IMG/VR virus record: IMGVR_UViG_3300046500_000156
Strand: one strand, 5' to 3'
Source: an uncultured virus (IMG/VR IMGVR_UViG_3300046500_000156)
Taxonomy: Duplodnaviria > Heunggongvirae > Uroviricota > Caudoviricetes > Schitoviridae
DNA length: 64,000 nt
The position numbers and the translations under genes were made by a program. The notes beneath the pieces were generated by a model that did not search any database, was not told the DNA's origin, and worked only from the letters and a program-made list of their open reading frames with translations. Below are positions 36,590 to 48,400 of this stretch, one piece after another. The stretch's first letter is position 1. Every line of letters begins with the position of its first letter.

Positions 36590-37090
36590 ATGAGTGGATT
36601 CAATTTCTATGGTGGTGGCAACACCATCACGCCGGCCAGCCAGTTTGGTGTCAATGGCAGCGCATTCGACTTCGGTCAAAGTGCGACGCCTGACTACAGC
36701 TCGCTTGCCGGATACACCGCTGGCATGCCGGATACCTCGCTTGCTACGCCCTCGGCCACGGCGGGAATGGGCGGCTTTGCTTCTTCCATTGGCTCCGGCA
36801 ATACTTCGGGTGCATTCGGCATTTCGGGACTGGGTGCCAACCTGCCAACGCTGCAGCTGGGGCTGGGCGGACTCTCGACACTGGCCAACCTGGTCTCGGG
36901 GATCAAAGCCTTTGGCCTGGCGCAGGATCAGTTCAACTTCCAGAAGAATCTGGCGAACAAGAATCTGACCAACTCGGTGGCAAGTTACAACACGGCGCTG
37001 ACCGACCGGGCAACGGCTCGGGCAGTGACTGAAGGGCAAACCGCAGCACAGCGAGATGCCTATATCAATGCCAACAAGCTGTCGGCATAA
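36590..37090 (+). CDS. N4 gp52-like ejection protein
   Basis: Gly-rich; NL.N...SYNTAL.DR..AR. Confidence 0.85.
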   Translation: MSGFNFYGGGNTITPASQFGVNGSAFDFGQSATPDYSSLAGYTAGMPDTSLATPSATAGMGGFASSIGSGNTSGAFGISGLGANLPTLQLGLGGLSTLANLVSGIKAFGLAQDQFNFQKNLANKNLTNSVASYNTALTDRATARAVTEGQTAAQRDAYINANKLSA

Positions 37091-37102
37091 GGAGACACGA
37101 CT

Positions 37103-39373
37103 ATGGCTGTTTTGACCTGGCGCAATGTGGATGCGCCACGAGGCGGGGAAACCGGCATTGCCGGACTCGCCACGGCAGCTGGCCTGCTTTCCAAGGGCAC
37201 CGATGGATTGTCCGATGCCCTTGGAAAGTTTGGTCAGGCAAATACCGATCTCGCCAACAATGCCGCGGTGCAGGCAGCTTCCCGTTACCAGACGGCAAGT
37301 GGCCTGTCCGGTGCCTTGGGTGATGGCTCGCTCATCGGTGGTTTGGCCAGTCTCGGTGTCGATCCGACCCGAGTCGATGCCAAGACGCTCGCCGATATCC
37401 AGAAGGGTGTCGGTGACCGGGTCACCAATGACCTGCACTCGGCGCAAACGCAGGAAGCGTTTCTCAAGGGTCAGTACGATTTGGCCCGTACCGGTAAGAC
37501 GCAATACGACCTGAACGTGTCGCAGCGGGATCAGTCGGCCATGACGAAAGCCATGCCGCTCCTGAACGAGATCGCCTTGCGTCGTTCACAGAATGACGAG
37601 GCCGGTGCTCGTGCACTGGAGAATGATCCACAGAACCGGGCATTGCTCTGGGCGGTGGATCCGGCCAAGTATGGCGAGATCAGCCGGGGTGCGCTCGATG
37701 CCTATGGCAAGACGCTCGGCAATCTGGAGAAGGGCACCACGTTCCAGAACTCGCAGGTGGATCGTCAGCGCTCCGAGCAGGCCGATGCCCTGGTGAACCA
37801 GATCACACAGGCAGGCGGCGACAACCAGGCCGGCAACGACATCCTCGAACGCTCGGGTGCGGATCCGACCGTCAAGGCACTGGTGCAGCAACGTCTGTTC
37901 GCCCAGAAGAATGGCTGGAACATCGTGCCGTCGCCAGTCGGTGCACCCAATGGCAATGGTGTTGTGGGCACGGGCGGCAGTGTTTCCTCTGGCTCAGGGG
38001 GTGGTAGCTCGTCTGCTGCCGCGAGCGAGTTCATCTCAAAGTACGGCGATGCTGCGCAGAAGGCAGCTGATGCACTGGGCACGGATGCCAACACCGTGCT
38101 CGGCATGTGGGGCAATGAGACGGGCTGGGGCCAGCACATGGCTGCACCGAATAACTTCGGCAACATCAAGCAGACCGATGGTGGTGGAGTTGCAGCCCGA
38201 GACAACATGCTCGGGACGGTGAGCAAGTACCGCCAGTACGACTCGCCCGATGCCTTCGCCAATGACTTTGTGGCGAATATCAAGAAGAACTGGAGCGGCT
38301 CGCTCGGTGCAGGTGCTGACACCGGCAAGTTTGCGGCCGGTCTTCGTCCGGGCCAGAAGGGTGGCTATGCAGAAGATCCGGCCTACGCAAGCAAGCTGAT
38401 TTCCGCTTCGAACATGGTGAGCCGTCTTCGTGGCGGAGCGCCGGCCCCTGCGGATTCCCTGGCTCCGGGTGAAGAGAATGTCTCGGCCACGCCGGCCAGT
38501 AATGCCATTGCCAAGGCCACGGCGGCGGACTTCCCTGCACTCGATACGCTGCGCCAGGATACTGCCGAAGCCCGGTCGCTCAACGACTCGCTGATTGCCG
38601 GCTCGCAACAGCGTGATGGGCAGAACATCGCCAACACCGGGATCAAGGCAGCCACGTATCTGGCCGCACAGAATGACGGCTCGTCGGCCAAGGAAGTCGC
38701 CGCCAAGCTGACAAGCGATGGCGGTGTGCTCAAGGGCGAAGATCCGAACAAGGTGGTCAACTGGATCACCGACATTCAGCAGCGTTCGGTGCAGCGCAAT
38801 GCAGAGAACAAGGCCGTGGCCAAGCTCTCCGCAGCAGCAGCAGGCGTCGTGCTGGCAAGCGGGGATGGCGTGATCAAGGGCGGTGGCATCGGTAGCAGCC
38901 TGCTTTCCAGTCTCAAACCCAACACGCTCAATAGCGGCTCCTACTATGACCCGGCAGCAGCGGACAATCTGGTGGGCTCGTTCAATGCAGGCAGCATCAC
39001 GAAGGCCTCTGCTGTCACCGCCGAGAACAAGCAGGTGCAGGACAGCCTGACCTCGGCCCAGAAGGCGCTCGATGCGGTGACGGACAGGATCACCACGGCA
39101 CAACAGTCTGCTGAGAATGCAGGCCGGGAAATCCCCGATGACGTGAAGCAGCGTCTGGCCGGTGAGTACCAGCGAGCCAAGGCACGGCGAGACAAGGCAC
39201 AGGAAAAGCTCAACGGCCCGAATGCGCAGCAGACCAATGTGACAGCAGCTGCTGCCAAGCGCAATGCCGATGATGCAGCGGAAGCAGCTCGGCAGGTGCG
39301 CATGCGAGATGCCATGAATGCCGCAGCCGATCCGCTGAAGAATCCGTTGCTTCTCGGCGCCAACGCTTTCTAA
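37103..39373 (+). CDS. N4 gp51-like ejection protein with GH73/FlgJ-like muralytic domain
   Basis: LTWRNVDAP N-terminus; ETGWG...NNFGNIK...YRQYDS...GYAEDPAYASKL. Confidence 0.85.
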   Translation: MAVLTWRNVDAPRGGETGIAGLATAAGLLSKGTDGLSDALGKFGQANTDLANNAAVQAASRYQTASGLSGALGDGSLIGGLASLGVDPTRVDAKTLADIQKGVGDRVTNDLHSAQTQEAFLKGQYDLARTGKTQYDLNVSQRDQSAMTKAMPLLNEIALRRSQNDEAGARALENDPQNRALLWAVDPAKYGEISRGALDAYGKTLGNLEKGTTFQNSQVDRQRSEQADALVNQITQAGGDNQAGNDILERSGADPTVKALVQQRLFAQKNGWNIVPSPVGAPNGNGVVGTGGSVSSGSGGGSSSAAASEFISKYGDAAQKAADALGTDANTVLGMWGNETGWGQHMAAPNNFGNIKQTDGGGVAARDNMLGTVSKYRQYDSPDAFANDFVANIKKNWSGSLGAGADTGKFAAGLRPGQKGGYAEDPAYASKLISASNMVSRLRGGAPAPADSLAPGEENVSATPASNAIAKATAADFPALDTLRQDTAEARSLNDSLIAGSQQRDGQNIANTGIKAATYLAAQNDGSSAKEVAAKLTSDGGVLKGEDPNKVVNWITDIQQRSVQRNAENKAVAKLSAAAAGVVLASGDGVIKGGGIGSSLLSSLKPNTLNSGSYYDPAAADNLVGSFNAGSITKASAVTAENKQVQDSLTSAQKALDAVTDRITTAQQSAENAGREIPDDVKQRLAGEYQRAKARRDKAQEKLNGPNAQQTNVTAAAAKRNADDAAEAARQVRMRDAMNAAADPLKNPLLLGANAF

Positions 39374-39397
39374 CCCCATCTACGAGATCAAGGGTCC

Positions 39398-39429
39398 AGG
39401 CCTCACCTCAAAAAGGTGGGGCTTTTATT
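39398..39429 (+). terminator. intrinsic terminator
   Basis: AGGCCTCACCT/AGGTGGGGCTT plus TTATT. Confidence 0.55.
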
Positions 39430-39479
39430 CGTTAACTGGTAAAGTTCTACCTCAAACTTATATCTAAAGGAATCACTCT

Positions 39480-42400
39480 ATGCCGTCTGCGCAAGAGATG
39501 TTCGACCAGTACCTGGGCTCAGCAGGTACGGGTACGGTTCCGGGTTCAGGGCCGGTTACCGGGGCGGTGGATAACCCGTTCCTTTCTGACTCACCAGCGC
39601 CAACCAAACAGGATGCAGTAGCCGTAACAGCCGATACGAAGAAAGCCAGTGTGGCCCAAACGGCTGATGCAAAGAAGGCACAAGTCGCAGCACAGACCGG
39701 TGTGCCTTCCTTGGATCAGCTGTACAGCGCCACACTGGCACGCAACTCGGGTGTGGGTAATCAGACCTTGCCTAGCCAGGAGCTGGCAGACCTGAATAGC
39801 CTCACGCCCTACGACCTGGCCAAGAAGTATGGCTTCAGTCGTGCACAGGACATGATCAACGGTCAGCTTCAGGCACAGGGCGCCACGCAGACCGACATCA
39901 ACACGCAACGCTCCTTGCCACAGGCGGCAGGTGACTTCGCTACGGGTGTAGGCCTGGGTGTCGCCAACTCGGTGGGTGGTGTGGGTGCATTGGCTGCGGG
40001 CCTGGTCAGCAAGCGTGCAGGTACGGCAGTGGCATCCGGCATCAAGGCACTCAACGATGTGGTGCAGCAGAACCTGCAATCCGATGGGATGAACGCCCAT
40101 CGGCAAGTCAATGCTGCCCGGAACGAACTGGGGTATCGGGACAGTGAAGCGGAATACGATCGAACCAAGGGAACGGACGGTGAGTTTATGGCCGGTCTGC
40201 GCCGTATCGGCAAAGATGCGGCCACCGCTGTCGGAAACGCTGTCATGGATCCTACAGTCGCCTCCGATGGTGTGGCACAAGGTATCGGTTCGCTCCTCAC
40301 CGCTGGGCCGATTGGTCGTGGTATCTCGCTTGGCGCCAACGCTCTAGTCGGTGGCGTGGCTCGCCGTGCACTGGTCGAAGGCGCCATTGCAGCGGATGCA
40401 GGTGCAGGCGGTGCTTCGGCGCTTCTGGGCCGGGCCGCTACTTCTCCCCTTGGCTCCAAGGTACTGGACTTCGCCAAGCATGAAGGCGCCACGATGGCCG
40501 GCATCGGTGCCACGGAAGCTGGTGGTGCTTACCAGCAGAACGCAGCGGACGTGATGGACATGAAGTTCGAGGATCTGCAGAAGACCTCGCCCATGTTCAA
40601 TCAGCTCGTCGAAGATGGCATGAAGAAGATGGGACCGAATCCGACGCCGGAACAGGTCACTGCCCTTCAGGAAGAGGCTCGCCGCACGGTAGCCAATCGC
40701 TCCGGCCTCCTCGCCGCGGCCATTCAGGCGCCGATTGCCACCGCTACCGGTGCACTGGTTTCCAAGTTCGAATCGGCGCCGCTGAAGATTCCGACGCTGC
40801 GTCAGCTCGGCCAGAACATTCTCAAGGAAGGCACCGAAGAGACGATCCAGTCGGGTACGGGTCAGGCTGCACAGAACATCGCCACCAAGCAAACGGCTAA
40901 CGACAAGCAGGATCTGCTGCAGGGGGTCGGTGAGCAGGCGGGTCTGGGTGGCCTATACGGCATGGCCTCGGCAGGCGTGGTGTCTGGTCCTGGCTCCATC
41001 CTGAGCTCGGGCACCCGTGCGGCACTGGGCATCAGCAACAAGGCGGTGGAACTGGCCGGCAAGCGGGGCGACCGGATCATGGCCGAGAATGAGGCGAAGT
41101 CGCCGGTCTCGGATCAGTCCATTGCCACAGCAGCCGCTGAAGCGGTACAGAACGCACCGGCAGCGGCACAGGCCGCAACGGATGCGATTGACAAGTCCGA
41201 TCTCACCCCGAGCCAGAAGGAAGAAGCGCACTCCTACGTCGAACAGGCCAAGGGGGTGGTGCACTTCGATCCGGCAGAAGTTCAGGGCATGCCGGAGGTG
41301 ATCCAGCGTGCTGCTGAAGGACAGACTTCCCGTCTGCAGTTCTTCCAGAACCTCGCCAACGAAGCCAAGAACCCGAAGAACTCGGCACAGGAGCAAGCAC
41401 TGGCACTGGCTACGCTTCAGGCCTCCATCGACGGTGTGTTGGGTGAGAAGGGCATCAACATCGCCAGCGCTGAATTCAATGCGCTGCCCGATACGCACGA
41501 TGCCAAGCTCTTCACGGGTGATGTCGCAGAACTGTGGACCAAGTTCCAGCAGTCACCGGCAGGCAAGACGGCCAGCAACGAAGAGCGTGCGGCGAAGACG
41601 GCTGAGCGCGTAGCGAAAGAGAACCTCACGCCGGAACACTTCGACACACCGGAAGGTCAGCAGGCAGTCCAGGCCAACATTGCTGCGGCACAGTTGAGCC
41701 CGCAACACTCGAACCGGGCGAACAATGAGCTGATCCTGAACATGGCGGCAGCGGGCAAGATCACGCTCGACAACCGTCAGAGTGCAGCGCTGCGCATTGC
41801 CAACGCCATTCTCGGTGAACAGGAAAAGCACCAGGCTCAGTTGAAGCAAGTCGGTGCAAAGTCGGCCTCAGACCTGGTCAGCCATCAGGTGACGGTCAAC
41901 GAAGGTTCGCCAGAAGGTGCGGAGTCGGCCAAGGAGCACATGGACGCCATTCGTTCGGCGTATGGTCGAGGTGACTTCAAAGGTGCCAAGGCTGCTTTGC
42001 TCGGATTTCAGAACTTTGTCCAGAGCCAGCAGAACAAGATCCGTGCGGTGAACACCCAGATTGCGACGCACGGCGGGAATGCGAATCCGAACAACGCGCT
42101 CCACTACGATGCTGCTTTGCAGGACAAGTCGGGGTTCCGCAAGAGCGACAAGCCCTTTGGCGTGTCGGTTCAAGGCAAGCGTGCGGCCAACTCCATCGGC
42201 TTCGTTCAACAGGTAGCGGCTGAAACTCAAGCGCTCACCGGGATTCACAACGCACTGGCTACGGCTTTTCCGGAGCTGGGTGTTAAGCATGTGGAGTCAG
42301 TTTCTCTGGATCCGTTGCTCTCCGATGCGCATCCGTCGAAGGTGGCAAAGGAGTTCGCTGACGGTACTCGGGGCAAGAAGCAGGACAAGCCCTCTGCAAC

Positions 42401-45400
42401 CGAGCCGGTTAAGGAAAAGGAATCTGCCGCACAGTCTAGTAAACCGAGCGCCCCGGATGAAGCCCCGAAACAACCGGTTACGTCTGCGCAACAGTCGGCA
42501 CCGAAGGATGCAGTAAAAGAGACGACCAAGCCAGCAGAACCGGTAAACGATACGTCGAGCCAGAAGGAAGAACCGGCTCAGCCGCATGACGTGGCGCAGG
42601 AACGTGAAGCCCTGATCAACCGCAAGATCGCCGGTCCCCTCACGGTGCAGGAAGAAGCACGCCTGCGTGAGATCGATCAGGAGATTCATGCGGGCGTGAA
42701 CAAGGGTCTCGAGCGAGATCTGTCGACTGTCGGTGAGTCCGATGGCAAGGGCGTGTCTGCGCTCTACCCGAATCTCATCGTGCCGGTCGGTGGCAACTTC
42801 TTTACCCGTGCCTTCCGTCTGCCGAGTGAAGCTCGCTCGAAGCTGGCCGGTGTGGAGAAGCCCCTTGAACAGGTGCGGGATGCGCTGAACACGGAACCGA
42901 ACTTCCGTGCGGCATCGGGCAAGAGCACGCGTGGTTTCGATGACAAGACTCGGGCGGCGTACCGCTATCACCTGAGCTTTGCGCCGAAGATGGTGGCCGC
43001 ATTCAATGAGCATCTGCAGGCCATGCTCAAGAAGAGCACCAATGCACAGGACATCGTCTCGGGTGCCAAGGATCCGAACCGCTATCGCAATGGCAAGCTG
43101 CTCAACATCGCCGAGGAAACGGAAGACGGTCTGCGTCTGAACCAGTCGCTGGCTGAAGCTGCAGCACTGGCCGGTCTGCAATGGGTGCTCGGTGCGCAGA
43201 ACAATGCCTCGCACTATGACACGATGGACATCGCCAGCATCTTCGGTGTACGTCCGGACCAGGTGACCGAAGAGATGGAGAACCATCTCAAGTCGGGGTC
43301 GGCCCGCATCGAAGGCTATTCCTCCCTGGCTCAGAAGATCCAGACCTACTGGGGACTGGCCTCCGATCCGAACATGGATGTGGCCTACACCCACGGCATT
43401 CTGGATGCCATGGCTGCCGAAATTCTCGACACCATGACCGATCCGGAAACGGGTCTGAAGCTCAAAGACGGCACACCCTTCGTGCGTGAAGTCACCAAGA
43501 CGGTGGACGTGCGCACAGGTGAAATCGTCGACACGCGGGAAGTCGCCAAGGATGGTGAGATCCCGAAGGCTTTCACGGGCAAGAACTACAAGTCCATTCC
43601 CGTGCTGCAGACGCCGGCACTGGAAAAGTTCGGCGCCTTGCAGAAGCTGCCCGATGCGATCGAGCGGGTGATTGCCACGAAGCCTGAGCTGAGCCACTAC
43701 CTCGATGGCGAGCTGCCGACGCCGCCCAAGGAGCAGATGCGCAATCCCGGCGTGAAGCTCACGGATGAGCAAAAGCAGATGATCGCCAACGAGACCGACA
43801 CCGTCCACAAGCTGGATATGGATTCGGTGGCGCTCTTCCGTGCGATTGATCGTGACTGGATGGCGAAGATTTTCGGCCCCGGTGACATCGATCCGAAGAA
43901 GCTCAACAAGAACGATCTGAACTCCCAGGAAGGTCAGAAGCTCTCGATCACGGGTGCTTTCGATGCGTTCCTCGATCTCACGGCGCAAGTCGAAGATCAT
44001 GCTGCAGCCAACGGCAAGGAGCCAGGGGAGGTGGAGATCCGCTACGGCTACAACGTCTCGAAGGTGGGACGCTTGCAGATGCTCGGCGCCTTCAATCCGC
44101 AGGCTTCCAAGTTGATGCGCCATGCGGTGCTGCCCACCGAATCGACGCTCGAGCTGACGAGCACCAAGGGGCAGCAAGCCTGGTGGCTGGGTGTGGCACA
44201 GGGGCTGGGCGTGAAGGTGCACAACATGACGCCGGAGATGGCCCGCACCGAGGCCGAGAAAGCACTGGCCGGCAAGTACGCCGTGCCGCTTTCGATCATG
44301 AAATCGTTCCTTCAGAGCGGCAAGCTGGAGCCAGAAGACCTGGAAAACCTGCATGCTTCCCTTGGCTCAGGGGCATCGTTTGCTGCGCTCTACGCTGTGC
44401 TGCAACAGGCCAAGTACGAGCTGGCGCAACAGAACGGCGATGATCTGTCGAAGTTCAAGACCAAGCTCTATCTGGAAGCCGATGGCAAGACCAATGGTCC
44501 GATCATGGCCATGGCCATGTTTGGCCGCGGCAAGATGACGGCCAATGAAGTCATCAACCTGTCCCGTGGCGGTGTGCTCTTTGGCGACAGCCAGACGAAC
44601 ACGGCAGGTCTGCAGTTCATCAAGGATCCGGTCGATCTGTACAAGGCCACGGCCAACAACCTGAACCAGACCCTGAGCGAATTGCTGCAGGAAGGTTCGG
44701 GCATGGATGCCGATGTGCGTGAGCAGCTTGCACACCTGCTGAAAGTGATGAATGTGCTGCTGGGCGATAACGTCATCAAGTTCGATGGCAGCACGGGTGT
44801 GGAGATGGGCCGGGACATCGCCAAGAATCCGCTGACCGTGACCATGTATTCGTCAGGTCCGAACGGCATCGCCAACAAGATTGCCGGCATGCTCACGGAT
44901 GCCGTCTATGCGCAGATGTCCAAGGCGCTGCAAAACAACTGGAAGATCGGCGAGCTCTTCGGTCCTGAGCAGAAGGAAAAGAACGAGATTCTCAACACCT
45001 CGCTCAAGGCCTTGATGGACCGGGTCGTGGACAAGGGTGAGACTGACGAACTGATCCTCGCTGAGAATAAAGAGCGGGACACGAAGAACCAGAAGATGAC
45101 GGAGTTCACTTTTGGTCCGATGGATCGTCAGACGATCCAGAAGAACATTCGTATGCTCTTCGTCGATCCGATGCGCGCTTCCATCGGTGCGGTGGTGGGG
45201 CAGGACGTGTTCGATGCCATGCAGATGGTGCAGCAGGCCACGCAAGTTCAATCGATCTTTCAGGAATACGCCTACAACCAGGCCGTGGACGCAGCCCTGA
45301 AAGCACGACAGGATGACCCGAAGGCAACCGATTACCGCAAGGGCGACTACCTCTCGCAGAAGCAACTGGACGAGATCCAGAAGTCAGTCCGCAATCTCTC

Positions 45401-48400
45401 GCCGTATATCGAGGCACCGGGCCAGACCTTCTACATGTCGGGCAAGCAGCGGGTCACGCCCCAGGTGGAGTCGTTTGGCTCGGCACTGTCCGACCGCTAC
45501 CGTGCACCGGCTGTGCTCAATGGTCCGGGCAATATCGGGGTGGCCGGCCCCGCCTCGATCAATATCGGCATGGGTGATGGCCGCATGATCCAGTCGTTCT
45601 CAACGATGCCGGGTGTGGTGGGCAATCACCTGAACATCTTCGACGGGATTCACTTCGCCCTGTCCGACATCGAGCAGGGGTCGAAGCAGGCCAACGAGGC
45701 GGCATGGACGGCGATGACGGGCAATCCGTTGAAGGCCGTGAGCCGTGCGTACCAGACGTTCCTCGCCCATATTCCGGCGACCGAAGTCACCTTCGGCTCG
45801 GATCTGCACAAGGCACTGGTCGCAGCACTCTATGGCCCGTTCGCGGCCACCGACAAGGGACTGAAGCGCAATCCCCCGGCGAAAGTCATCGCAGCCCTGC
45901 AGACGCTGGGTGAGGATCTTTCCTCTGGCTCCGATGCGGTGGACGCTCGTCACCGTGCATTGATGCGGGTCAACGTCACCATCGACCAGATGGCCGGCGC
46001 CAGCTCGCCGCACCGTATCGGCGGTAAGGAGAGCATCGATGCAGCGGCGTCTCCTGACGAGATCGCAGCCCGCATCACCGAGCTCACCGCTGAAGAGCAG
46101 GCGAAGATCGATGCGCAAAACGAGAAGGCACCGCGAACCAGTGAAGCCCTGAACACGGGTCTGGCCGCAGCTGGCGAGCCGCACCGCACGGGTGTGAAGA
46201 TCTGGCGCTTCGATGGGGTGAGGAACCTGATCGGCAATGTGCTCGAGCGTCTGCCGCGTGAACAGGCGGTGATGCTCGAGCACATTGCACGCTCGATGCA
46301 GGCAGATGGCTACACGCTGATCCACGGCAACCGGGAGCAGCTCACCGCCTACAACGAGTCGCTGGGTGCGATGAAGGTCGATGCAGCGAACCTGGCCAAT
46401 CCGAACGTGCAGGGTTTCACGATGCCGGGCCGCCAGCAGGTCTGGATCGTCAATCCGTCTTCGGAGACGCTCACGCACGAGCTGATCCACGCTGCCACGA
46501 TGAAGGCGGTGCTCGCCTACTACAACGGCGAGAACCTGGGCAAGAATCACACGCACGTGGAAGAAGCGATCCAGAACCTGGAAACGCTGATGCAGCAGTT
46601 CCTGGGTCTGAATGACGACATCGACTCGCTGCCCCGTGAGATGCAGGTGGCGTATCACAACGCCTTCACCGCCATCAACACGGCGCTGAACAATCCCGAT
46701 CTCGATCCGGCCACCCGTTCGGCTGCGGCACTGAACGAGTACATGGCCTGGGGTCTGGCCAACCAGCAGCTCGCAGCGCTCCAGAAGAAGGTCGATGCGC
46801 ATCCGCTGGTGAAGATGGCCCAGTCGGTGATCGACTGGCTGCGTCAGATCGTCTTCGGCAAGCAGCTGGTCAAGACGCCGGGTGAGGACATGTTCAGTCA
46901 CCTGCAGTTCAACACGCAGGTGGTCCTCACGGCTCAGCCGACCATGGGTCAGATGATGCGCGACACCGTCCTATACCAGAACGCCCAGTACGGCAATGAT
47001 CAGCGTCTGGCTGAGCTCGGTGACATGTTCGACCGCACCATCACCAACTGGGTGGCCGATGCCAAGGGCAACGTGCCGGAGATGCTGCGCCGTCAGTACG
47101 AGGCCAAGCATCTGGCACAGCAGCAAGGCACACGCCTGTCCAACGCATTCGCCACGGTCTTCCCGATGACGTTGCAGGAGAAGACCACGTTCCATCAGAT
47201 CGTGGCCGGCCTCGTTACTGAAGCGCACTTCGATCCGAATGTGCTGGCTCGCATGCACCAGCTCTGGTCGCTCGTGAACAAGCATCTCGATGCCACGATG
47301 ATGGAGGATCCCAACGAGCTCGATCCGAACCAGCGTCGCCATGACGCTCAGGAAAAGGTCGATGCGATCCGCGGTGACATCTTCGAAGAGTACGACTCGA
47401 AGGGCCGTTCGACGCTGCTGCCCACGTTCATGGCGCTGGCGATGACCAACGACCACTTCCGCAGCGTGCTGGCGAAGATCGCCACCGAGAAGCAGGCTCG
47501 CTCGGATGCGGAGTCCCGTGTGGATCAGGCGCTGGAGAACTTCGCCACCGACACCCTCGATGCACTGGGCCGGCGTCTGTCGGGTGAGCGCAAGAGCCCG
47601 GATGTGCTCGCAGCGATGGATGCGCTCTCGGCACGCTTCGTGGATCTGGCACAGGAGCGCCAGACGGCCATGGACCTGTACCTGAAGAATAGCGGCGGGG
47701 TCATCGACTCGGCCAATGACTATATGGTGCAGGGCATGGGCGATCTCGCTCGCTTCCTGGTTCAGAAGGCGGACAAGATCGACACGCAGACCAGCAACAA
47801 GCTGGTGCGTCTGGGTACGAATTCGACACGCCTGTTTGCGGCGATCATCAACGAGGAGCAGGCCGGTATCGTGGCAGAGGGGATGCTCACCTATGCCAAC
47901 AAGATCCAGGCGTTCAAGCCTTTCACCGATCTGATCCACGACATGATCGGTCGTGTCGCCTCGAATGCCGAGGTCTACGACATGATCAAGGCCGTGCGCT
48001 CGATGGTCCAGAAGATGCGTCAGCAGTTCCGCGAGGAAGTGCCCAAGATCATCGCCAAGCAGTTCAGCAGGAATCTCACGGAAGCTGAGTGGGATCTGCT
48101 GCATAAGGGCATGGGCAAGACCGATCTCGCTTCCCTGGCTCAAGGGATGTCGCAGAACGAAGTGTTGTCGATGCTCAAGGATCGCAAGGCACGCGAAACC
48201 AAGATCAAGGAACTGGAAGACCAGATCCAGTCACTGGACAAGCCCTACTTCGACTTCCGCAAGAAGAAGATGCAGGAGCTCGCCAAGTACATGGTGACGG
48301 GTCAGACTTCGTCGGATCTGTTGCGCAATGCCCATGCGATTGCCCGCATGGCCGGCACGCCCAACTGGCTGGTCAGCAAGGCCAGCAAGGATCTGGTCAA